Shown one piece after another: positions 56,497-64,000 of a stretch of 64,000 nt of DNA. Location: positions 11,382 through 75,381 of the forward strand of contig JAGATV010000032.1 of assembly GCA_017621075.1 (NCBI GenBank), read 5' to 3'. A model generated the notes under the pieces. The model had not been told where the DNA came from. It made no database searches and saw only the letters and a program-made list of their open reading frames with translations. Position 1 is the stretch's first letter, and every line of letters begins with the position of its first letter. Made by a program: the position numbers and the translations under genes. This stretch comes from Lachnospiraceae bacterium (GTDB lineage: Bacteria > Bacillota > Clostridia > Lachnospirales > Lachnospiraceae).

Positions 56497-57711
56497 GTGG
56501 AAGGTACACAGTTAAAGGAACAGTTGCGAAAAAAAGTACAGGAGCGTCTGGATTACGGCCATGATTTTACGGATGAGGAAGTGGAGGAGGTCATTGATGA
56601 AGTAATGATGACACAGGAAGATATGGTTCGCTGCCCGGTCCATATCCGTACCCGGATGAAAAGGGAGATCTTCAATTCTTTGCGCAGACTGGATATCCTC
56701 CAGGGGCTTGTGGAGGACAGCGCAGTGACAGAGATCATGATCAATGGCAAGGATCATATCTTTATTGAGAAAGACGGGAGACTTGGCAGATTGGAAAAAG
56801 GGTTTGACTCTCTGGAGAAGCTTCAGGATGTGATCCAGCAGATCGTGGCAGGCTGCAACCGGGCCGTAAATGAGGCGGTTCCTATTGTGGACGCCAGACT
56901 TGCCAACGGTTCCAGAGTGAATATTGTCATGAATCCGGTGGCGCTGAACGGTCCTATCGTTACCATACGCCGATTTCCGGACAAGCCCATCACCATGGAG
57001 CAGCTCATACACGGCCATTCCATTTCGGAGGAAGCTGCCGGATTTTTAAAGCATCTGGTGCAGGCCGGATACAATATCTTTATCAGCGGTGGTACAGGAA
57101 GCGGCAAGACTACCTTTTTAAATGTACTGTCCGGTTTTATTCCCGGGGACGAGAGAGTGATCACCATAGAGGACAGTGCAGAATTGCAGCTCCAGGGCAT
57201 TGAAAATCTGGTGCGCTTAGAGACCAGGAACAGCAATGTGGAGGGCTGTGCCCCGATCAATATCAGAGAACTGATCCGAACCTCCCTGCGTATGCGTCCC
57301 GACAGGATCATCGTGGGAGAGGTCCGTGGGGCGGAGGCATTTGATATGATGCAGTGTCTGAATACAGGCCATGACGGAAGCATGTCTACCGGACACGCCA
57401 ACAGTGCACAGGATATGCTTTCCCGACTGGAAAACATGGTGCTCATGGGTATGGATCTTCCTCTGGCGGCTATCAGGCAGCAGATCGCATCCGGTATTGA
57501 TGTCATTGTACATCTTGGCAGGCTTCGGGACAGATCCCGGAGAGTGCTGGAAATCACAGAGGTCATTGGGGATGAGGGGCAACAGATCAGGTTAAATCCA
57601 CTATATCAGTTTGAGGAGGAAGGGCAGGATGCCAAGGGTCGGATTTTGGGAAAACTTCAAAAAAAGGCAGAGCTGGTGCAAACAGGAAAGCTCCGGGCGG
57701 CGGGATTATAG
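56497..57711 (+). CDS. cpaF: CpaF/TadA pilus assembly ATPase
   Basis: GGTGSGKTT, IEDSAEL, RMRPDRIIVGEVRG, TGHDGSMSTGHAN. Confidence 0.95.
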   Translation: MEGTQLKEQLRKKVQERLDYGHDFTDEEVEEVIDEVMMTQEDMVRCPVHIRTRMKREIFNSLRRLDILQGLVEDSAVTEIMINGKDHIFIEKDGRLGRLEKGFDSLEKLQDVIQQIVAGCNRAVNEAVPIVDARLANGSRVNIVMNPVALNGPIVTIRRFPDKPITMEQLIHGHSISEEAAGFLKHLVQAGYNIFISGGTGSGKTTFLNVLSGFIPGDERVITIEDSAELQLQGIENLVRLETRNSNVEGCAPINIRELIRTSLRMRPDRIIVGEVRGAEAFDMMQCLNTGHDGSMSTGHANSAQDMLSRLENMVLMGMDLPLAAIRQQIASGIDVIVHLGRLRDRSRRVLEITEVIGDEGQQIRLNPLYQFEEEGQDAKGRILGKLQKKAELVQTGKLRAAGL

Positions 57712-58450
57712 CAGATACTGCTGGAGAAAAAGGGAATGGATGCTTTCGGTATCAGAGTCTGTGGCGGTGGTAATTCTGCTTTCCTGTTTCTTTTACAGAA
57801 GTCTTTGGGCGGTATTGCCTTTGGGTGGGATAGGAATCCTGTTTTTTAGAGAGCAGGACAGAAGAAAACGGGATGCCTGTATCCGGGAGCTGACAGTACA
57901 GTTCAAAGACTGCATCCTGTCTGTGGCAGCTTCCCTCAGGGCAGGCTATGCAGTGGAAAATGCTTTTTTGGAGAGCCGGGAGGATATGGGACTGCTCTAT
58001 GGGGACAGTGCATTGATCTGCAGGGAGCTTGACCTGATAAAAAAGGGACTGGTGATCAATATTACCTTGGAAGAATTGCTTGCCAATCTGGCGGAGCGCA
58101 GCCAAAGCGCAGAAATCGTTCAATTTGCCCAAGTGTTTTCCATTGCAAAACGAAATGGAGGAAGTATCCCGGAAGTTATACAGTCTTCTGCAGAACTGAT
58201 CGGCCAGAGGGTAAATGCCATACAGGAAATGCAGACTGTTCTAAGTGGCAGACGGATGGAACAGAATATCATGAAACTGATGCCATTTGGCATTCTGGCT
58301 TATGTGGGTTTTTCTTATCCGGGGTATTTTGACAGCCTTTATCACAACTGGCAGGGGGCCGCGATCATGTCGGTATGTCTGATCCTGTACCTGACAGCAT
58401 ATGTGATGGGGGAGCGGATCTTAAAGAAGATTGAGGAAGAGATCTGGTAG
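57629..58450 (+). CDS. TadB-like T2SSF membrane platform protein
   Basis: SLRAGYAVENAF, FAQVFSIAKRNGG; start uncertain. Confidence 0.85.
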   Translation: MPRVGFWENFKKRQSWCKQESSGRRDYSRYCWRKREWMLSVSESVAVVILLSCFFYRSLWAVLPLGGIGILFFREQDRRKRDACIRELTVQFKDCILSVAASLRAGYAVENAFLESREDMGLLYGDSALICRELDLIKKGLVINITLEELLANLAERSQSAEIVQFAQVFSIAKRNGGSIPEVIQSSAELIGQRVNAIQEMQTVLSGRRMEQNIMKLMPFGILAYVGFSYPGYFDSLYHNWQGAAIMSVCLILYLTAYVMGERILKKIEEEIW

Positions 58451-58466
58451 GAAAGGAGGTGAGAAG

Positions 58467-59906
58467 ATGTATCTTGCAGCAGGGGCGGTGATGGCGGCAT
58501 ATCTGGTCTTGTGTCTGCTGTCGGTCAGAAGGCCTGTTACAAAAGAGGTGTCGGGCTCCCCAAGATTTATTTACCGGATGGCAGACTTTTTGTATGAATG
58601 TGCCAAAGCCCGGAACCTTCCGCTTTTAAACAGCCGTCAGGTGGAAAGGGATCTGGAGAAGTTGCATCCCGGTGAGGACAAAGAGAGACTGTGTAGGACG
58701 TACTATGTGGATAAGACAGCGAAATCTTTGCTGTTGTGTCTGGCGGGAACCATTCTTGGAGCTGTTCTGTGCTTCCGGGCAGGGGCAGGAAACCGTTTGG
58801 AAGAAGGCGGGCAGATCAGAAGAGGTACTTATCTGGAAGAAGAACAAGAGATTATTTTAGAAGAGATGTCGGAACAAGAGGTTTTTCGGATCAAAGTATC
58901 AGAGCAAAAGCTTGATAGGGAAGAAGCGGAAGCGCTGTACCGGGATTTCCTTGCGGAGCTGACGAACCTTTTGCCGGGTAAAAATCCATCATTGAGGGAG
59001 ATAACGCAGGATCTGATCCTTCCGGAAGCCTTGGAAGGATATCCCTTTCAAGTGGAATGGAAAAGTGAATGTCCTGATTTCCTGAGTAGTTCTGGTAAGG
59101 TGAAAGCGGTATCCTGCGAGGAAGAGTTTCTGTTGACGGCAGTAGTGACTTACGAAGATATGGAATGGCAGCAGGATTTTCCTGTGAGGGTCACACCTTG
59201 CGTGCTTTCCGAAGAAGACAGGAAATATCGTGAAATTGAGATCCTTTTACAGCAGTCAGAGGAGGATACCCGCAAAGAAGCGGTGTGGATACTTCCCAAG
59301 GAATTGGATGGAACCTCGCTCGTATGGAAACAGGTGGTGAGAGATGACAGCCTTTTGTTCTGGGTGGCAGGACTGGTGACAGCCGCAGCGGTGTTTTTTC
59401 TAAAAGATAAGGATCTTCACGGCACTCTGGAAAAGCGCAAAGAGACCCTGAGGAGAGAATACTCGGGTATCGTTCAAAAGATCGTGCTGTACCTGGGTGC
59501 AGGAATGACCATTCGGGGAGTCTTTGGAAAGCTGGCAGGAGAATATCAGCAGGCAAGAGCGGCAGGTGCCTCAAAAGATCCGGTTTTGGAAGAAATCCTC
59601 TATACCTGCCGGGAATTACAGGCAGGTGTCACAGAGACCGTTGCCTACGAGCATTTCGGAAAGCGCACCGGAGTGCAGGAGTACATTTGTCTGTGCACCC
59701 TGCTGCAGCAGAATCTGAAAAAGGGCACCAGTACGCTTTTGACCAGATTGCGGGAGGAAGCGGACAAGGCAGCCCTGGAAAAGTTACAAAGCAGCCGCAG
59801 GAGAGGTGAGGAAGCGGTAACCAAACTATTGGTGCCGATGGTGATGATGCTTTTGGTAGTCATGGTAATGATCATGATACCGGCATTTTCTTCCACTACT
59901 TTTTAG
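58467..59906 (+). CDS. TadC-like T2SSF protein with large extracellular Ig-like insert
   Basis: LYLGAGMT, LQQNLKKG, GEEAVTKLLVPM; DLILP..VEWKS..LLTAVVTY insert. Confidence 0.85.
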   Translation: MYLAAGAVMAAYLVLCLLSVRRPVTKEVSGSPRFIYRMADFLYECAKARNLPLLNSRQVERDLEKLHPGEDKERLCRTYYVDKTAKSLLLCLAGTILGAVLCFRAGAGNRLEEGGQIRRGTYLEEEQEIILEEMSEQEVFRIKVSEQKLDREEAEALYRDFLAELTNLLPGKNPSLREITQDLILPEALEGYPFQVEWKSECPDFLSSSGKVKAVSCEEEFLLTAVVTYEDMEWQQDFPVRVTPCVLSEEDRKYREIEILLQQSEEDTRKEAVWILPKELDGTSLVWKQVVRDDSLLFWVAGLVTAAAVFFLKDKDLHGTLEKRKETLRREYSGIVQKIVLYLGAGMTIRGVFGKLAGEYQQARAAGASKDPVLEEILYTCRELQAGVTETVAYEHFGKRTGVQEYICLCTLLQQNLKKGTSTLLTRLREEADKAALEKLQSSRRRGEEAVTKLLVPMVMMLLVVMVMIMIPAFSSTTF

Positions 59907-59921
59907 GCAGAAAGGAGAGTT

Positions 59922-60098
59922 ATGGGCAGATTGAAAGATATCAGACAGTTTGTCAGGGAAGAGGACGGTATGGGAACTGTAGAGATCATTTTGATCATTG
60001 TGGTTTTGGTCGGACTGGTGCTTATTTTCAAAGAACAGATCACCAAAATCGTCAACAATATCTTTTCCAAGATCACCACGCAGACCAATAAGGTCTGA
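59922..60098 (+). CDS. Flp1-family type IVc (Tad) major pilin, 58 aa
   Basis: AAAGGAG RBS; MGRLKDIRQFVREEDG|MGTVEIILIIVVLVGLVLIFK; absent from ORF track. Confidence 0.9.
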   Translation: MGRLKDIRQFVREEDGMGTVEIILIIVVLVGLVLIFKEQITKIVNNIFSKITTQTNKV

Positions 60099-60142
60099 TC
60101 CCCAACCATAAGAGGCATTTCGGGAGAAAGGAGCATGACGGG

Positions 60143-61633
60143 ATGCAGGGAAAATGTTATCAAAAGAGTGCAGCTTATCTGACGGTCTATCTGGCCCTTA
60201 CCATGACGGTGCTGCTTTCTCTCTGCTTTGCCTTGATTGAAGGAGTAAGATGCAATGCGGTAGGGCTTGAGGCAGAATGTATCACAGATATCGGTTTAAA
60301 CAGCGTTTTTGCGGAATATCACAGGGAACTGTGGAAGCAGTACAATCTGTTGGCCATCGATTCTTCTTACGGAACGGACTATGCTAATAAAGCGAATACC
60401 AGGCAGCATTTGAAAAAGTATATAGAGGGTAATCTGTCCATGGAAGATCTGTTTTTATCGGAGTTCCTTTACCGGGACTTTCTGGCATTGTCATTGGAGG
60501 AAATCGATGTGACAGGAGTGTCGGTATATACAGACGAAGGCGGCGCAGTGTTTCGCAGACGGGCAGCTGAAGCGGTAAAGGATGATATCGGACTGGCTCT
60601 TTTGGAGGAATTGCGACAATGGCTGCAGGTGGTGGAGGAACAGGAACTGTTAGGCCGTGATATAGGTGCCGAAAAACAAGCGGTGGACCGGGAGATGGAA
60701 GAACTCATTGAGGAAGAGGAAGAAGAGCAAGAGCAGGAGATCTTTGAACTGACCGGAAGAACGGAAAGCGTGGACATTGACTTTGAGAATCCTACCGGCT
60801 GGCTGGAACTCAAGAGACAGATGGGCATTCTGGAGTTTGCCGTAAGTGATTATGGGAATCTTTCGACCCGCATCCTGCCGGGAGAAGATTTGGTCATGCA
60901 TCGGATGTCGAAAGAAAATATCAATTGCGGAAATCTGCAGCTACGGGCATTCACATCGGAGGAAGAATTGGTAGACCGATTCCTTTTTCAGGAATATCTC
61001 CTGCGTTATATGGGATATTACGGAGACGAAAAGGAAGACGGGATACTCAAATATCAGATGGAATATCTGATCATAGGAGAAGACTGCGACTTGGACAATC
61101 TGAGGAGTATGGCGGAGAGAATCTGTCTGATGCGGGAGGCGGCAAATGCAGTGTACCTATTCTCGGATGAAATCAAATGCGCAGAGGCGGAAGTACTGGC
61201 TACAGCAATTGCCGCACTGATACAGGTGCCGGACCTGGCGCCGCTGTTAAAGACCTCTCTACTTTTGGGATGGGCGTTCGCAGAAAGTCTGTATGACATA
61301 AAGGTACTCCTGGCCGGTGGCAAGGTGCCTCTGATGAAGGATGCGGACACTTGGCATTTTAGCCTGGAGGGAATCCTGCAGGAACAAGGATGTGGCGAAG
61401 AAGGATGGGAGCTTGGCCTGTCCTATGAGGATTATCTAAGGATATGGATGATGCTTACGGATGTGGATGATCTGACAGGCAGAGCAATGAATGTCATAGA
61501 AGCAGATATCAGACAGACGCCGGGAAATCAACACTTCCGGCTGGACGGGTGCTATGATCGCATAGAAGTCAGAGTAAATATACAAAGTGCTTATGGTTAC
61601 GGACACAACTTTATAAGAGAAAAAGGATATTAA
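60143..61633 (+). CDS. DUF5702-like large minor pilin (TadG-like)
   Basis: A|YLTVYLAL class III signal; YQMEYLI, WAFAES, LSYEDYL. Confidence 0.75.
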   Translation: MQGKCYQKSAAYLTVYLALTMTVLLSLCFALIEGVRCNAVGLEAECITDIGLNSVFAEYHRELWKQYNLLAIDSSYGTDYANKANTRQHLKKYIEGNLSMEDLFLSEFLYRDFLALSLEEIDVTGVSVYTDEGGAVFRRRAAEAVKDDIGLALLEELRQWLQVVEEQELLGRDIGAEKQAVDREMEELIEEEEEEQEQEIFELTGRTESVDIDFENPTGWLELKRQMGILEFAVSDYGNLSTRILPGEDLVMHRMSKENINCGNLQLRAFTSEEELVDRFLFQEYLLRYMGYYGDEKEDGILKYQMEYLIIGEDCDLDNLRSMAERICLMREAANAVYLFSDEIKCAEAEVLATAIAALIQVPDLAPLLKTSLLLGWAFAESLYDIKVLLAGGKVPLMKDADTWHFSLEGILQEQGCGEEGWELGLSYEDYLRIWMMLTDVDDLTGRAMNVIEADIRQTPGNQHFRLDGCYDRIEVRVNIQSAYGYGHNFIREKGY

Positions 61634-61663
61634 AAAGCCGGTTGGGAAAGAAGGTGAACAGCG

Positions 61664-62635
61664 ATGTCCCCTTTATGGGAAAAACAAAACAACACGAAAC
61701 CAATGACAATCCACAACAGACCTTCTTCGAGGTGTGATAAAAAAACTCTCCCCTTTACAACACAATCCCCATTTTTCATAGAGGGGACGTCGCTGTTTAC
61801 CTTCCTTGGCCGGAAAGTTTTGGCCGGAATGACGGTGGAGGCAGCCATAGTGCTGCCGCTCTTTCTTTTCTTTTTCCTGAATCTGAGCTGTGCAATGGAA
61901 ATGATCCGCCTCCACGGCAATCTGGAATTGGCGCTTTGGCAGACCGGAAATAAAATGAGTATAAGGGGGTATCTGCTTTGGCCGGAGGATGCAAAGGAAG
62001 GAAAAAATCCACAATCGGGCACAGAACCGGGATCGGAAGCCAAAGATGCCATATTTTCCTATATATATATAAAGCGTCAGATCGTGAAGTATGCCGGGGA
62101 GTGCTATTTGGAGGAGTCACCCCTTATATATGGGACAGACAGCCTGCAGTTTTTGGAAAGTGAAATTTTTACTTCCCAAGATGAATTTAAAATCGTCCTG
62201 ACATATGGCGTATCCCCCTGGATATCCATGAAGGGAATTCATCCTTTCCGCATGGCCAACAAATATTATGGACATATCTGGAACGGCTATGGGATACCGG
62301 GTGTTGACGATACAGAGGACTGGGACGGAGAGACGGTCTACATTGCGGAAAACGGAGAGGTATACCATACAGACCGCTATTGTACTCATCTGCAGCTGAC
62401 AATTAAAGAGGTAAAAACTGCCAATATTGGAAAAGAGCGGAATGGGGCAGGAAAAAAATATACTCTTTGTGAGAAATGCGGAGAGGAGACGGCGCCGGAT
62501 AAGGTTTATATCGGAGTAGAAGGGGATAGGTATCACTATGACCGGGATTGTCCCGGTTTGACAAGAACCGTCTATGCCATCCTCAGGATAGAGGCGGGAA
62601 AATACAGGCCCTGCAGTCGTTGTGAGGATAAATGA
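61664..62635 (+). CDS. TadE-like minor pilin with two C-terminal Ada-like Zn-binding repeats
   Basis: A|GMTVEAAIVLPLF; two YHxDxxC..YxxCxxC units. Confidence 0.8.
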   Translation: MSPLWEKQNNTKPMTIHNRPSSRCDKKTLPFTTQSPFFIEGTSLFTFLGRKVLAGMTVEAAIVLPLFLFFFLNLSCAMEMIRLHGNLELALWQTGNKMSIRGYLLWPEDAKEGKNPQSGTEPGSEAKDAIFSYIYIKRQIVKYAGECYLEESPLIYGTDSLQFLESEIFTSQDEFKIVLTYGVSPWISMKGIHPFRMANKYYGHIWNGYGIPGVDDTEDWDGETVYIAENGEVYHTDRYCTHLQLTIKEVKTANIGKERNGAGKKYTLCEKCGEETAPDKVYIGVEGDRYHYDRDCPGLTRTVYAILRIEAGKYRPCSRCEDK

Positions 62636-62649
62636 TCAGTGGAGGCATT

Positions 62650-63093
62650 ATGTGGAAAGAGATAATTGGACTATTGTATGTGGCAGTGCTTGGGGCAATG
62701 GATATCCGGGAAAAGAAAGTACCGGTATGGTTATTGATCCTGGGCGCCATGGAAACGATTATGGTAAGATTGGCGGAGGGATTCATGGATGGCTGGCAGA
62801 AAAATACAGGCAGTATATTATGGGGAATGTTGCCGGGGCTTTTCCTTTTGGCTATGGCGTACCTCACAAAAAAGGCGGGATATGGTGACGGAGTGGTCCT
62901 GTGTCTGTTGGGAATCCGATGCGGATATCGTTTTTGCCTGGCGATCTTCTGCATGAGTCTGTTGCTGCTTTCGCTGACTTGCATGGTTCTTCTGCTGTTA
63001 AAAAGAGTAAGGAGGAATACCCGGATCCCCTATCTTCCCTTCCTGACGGTGGTATATGCCGGGTATCTGGTCTTTGGCGAGAGGTGGCAGTGA
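62650..63093 (+). CDS. Second A24 prepilin peptidase
   Basis: MDIREKKVP, GYGDG, IPYLPFL. Confidence 0.8.
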   Translation: MWKEIIGLLYVAVLGAMDIREKKVPVWLLILGAMETIMVRLAEGFMDGWQKNTGSILWGMLPGLFLLAMAYLTKKAGYGDGVVLCLLGIRCGYRFCLAIFCMSLLLLSLTCMVLLLLKRVRRNTRIPYLPFLTVVYAGYLVFGERWQ

Positions 63094-63094
63094 T

Positions 63095-63535
63095 ATGAGG
63101 AAAAGGATGGATGCCTATCTGACGGTGGAGGCGGTCATGGTTCTTCCGATAGTGTTCGGGATACTCCTGTTTATTATCTGCTTTTGGTTTTATCAATATG
63201 ACCGGTGCCTGATGGAACAGGATGCGGGATTGCTGGCGCTGAGGGGGACTGTAATACCTGCAGAGGACGCAGAAGAAAGAATAAAGGCGGTAAAAAAGAT
63301 ACTGGCGGAAAGGCCAATAGAAAAATATATTGTCTGGGAGGATTTGGGGACGGATATCAAAATAGAAAGAGGAAAGATACGGGTGAGGCAGCGGGGCAAT
63401 ATTCGATTTCCATTTTCGGGATTGGCTTTTTGGGATGGGGAAGATATCTGGGAAATGTCAGTGCTATATGAGAATGAATTGATGTCACCCGCATCCCTTT
63501 TGCGGAAATATCAAAAAATAAAAGGAGGAACATAG
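63095..63535 (+). CDS. TadE-like minor pilin
   Basis: MRKRMDA|YLTVEAVMVLP..YDR. Confidence 0.8.
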   Translation: MRKRMDAYLTVEAVMVLPIVFGILLFIICFWFYQYDRCLMEQDAGLLALRGTVIPAEDAEERIKAVKKILAERPIEKYIVWEDLGTDIKIERGKIRVRQRGNIRFPFSGLAFWDGEDIWEMSVLYENELMSPASLLRKYQKIKGGT

Positions 63536-64000
63536 ATGTTACAGACAGAATTTGTAAAGAATCTGCACAGTAATTATGAGCGGATACTTTTGGAGGAAAT
63601 GCCACAGGAGCGGCGCTATCAATATTGTATGTTGAGCCGGGGAGGAATCAAAGGCCTACTTCCCTGCAGTCTGCGTTACCTGAACGGCAGAGCGTATTTA
63701 TATTATGATATTACCTCCTTGCAAAATGTGCAGCAGTGTTTTCAAAAACGAAAAATATCAAGAGAATGGATGAAGGATTTTGTGTGGAGTTTTAAACAGA
63801 TCCGGCAGGAATTGGAACGGTTCCTGTTAAATGCCGGGAATATCCTTTGGTATCCCGGGCAGATATACCAGGATTTGGAGGACAATGTATTTTCCTTCTT
63901 TTATGTGCCGTATTATGAGGGGGATAACGGTTTTAGGGATTTACTTGAGTTTTTGATAGAGTATATGGACTATGAGGATGAAGTGTTGGTGGAATGTGTA
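63536..64000 (+). CDS. DUF6382-like protein (3'-truncated by window)
   Basis: AAAGGAGG RBS; MLQTEFVKNLHSNY..YQYCML..GLLP..LYYDITS..FFYVPY, open to window end. Confidence 0.75.
   Translation, partial: MLQTEFVKNLHSNYERILLEEMPQERRYQYCMLSRGGIKGLLPCSLRYLNGRAYLYYDITSLQNVQQCFQKRKISREWMKDFVWSFKQIRQELERFLLNAGNILWYPGQIYQDLEDNVFSFFYVPYYEGDNGFRDLLEFLIEYMDYEDEVLVECV

Noticed and set aside
1-64000. tRNA, rRNA, IS elements, prophage, defence systems
   Set aside because: None recognised by eye; intergenic gaps are short and explained. Small ncRNAs cannot be excluded without an Rfam scan.

Overview
Chromosomal window of a spore-forming, motile gut Firmicute; gene content and synteny point to Lachnospiraceae (inference). 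It has about 62 CDS and no recognisable tRNA, rRNA, CRISPR array, transposase or phage gene. The left ~44 kb holds housekeeping and envelope genes: two MATE transporters (one with an apparent in-frame deletion), YrkC- and YhfW-like sporulation genes, a YtrA/ABC/CAAX-protease operon, an orphan acetolactate synthase behind an ANTAR-type attenuator, an amidase, TrpB2, LCP/CapA, a B12 radical SAM plus exonuclease, VanW, Lrp-aminotransferase-trmL, a Gld-like ABC, an MCP, an F420-ligase-like gene, an ABC-F, a DHH protein, MBOAT/DHHW and rsmA. The right ~20 kb is the most interesting: (i) a TPR + acidic repeat + degenerate CbbX/SpoVK AAA protein (EccA-like architecture) behind NrdR-box-like repeats; (ii) a stand-alone operon of a giant FliK-like protein, a divergent flagellin and FliS; (iii) yaaL/bofA; (iv) a monoderm Tad/Flp pilus operon running off the window end, with two prepilin peptidases, an Ig-inserted TadC, a TadE with tandem Ada-like Zn fingers (candidate DNA-binding pilin) and a DUF6382 protein. 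Several small ORFs missing from the ORF track were read directly from the DNA. Family assignments come from motif recognition and recall, not database searches.
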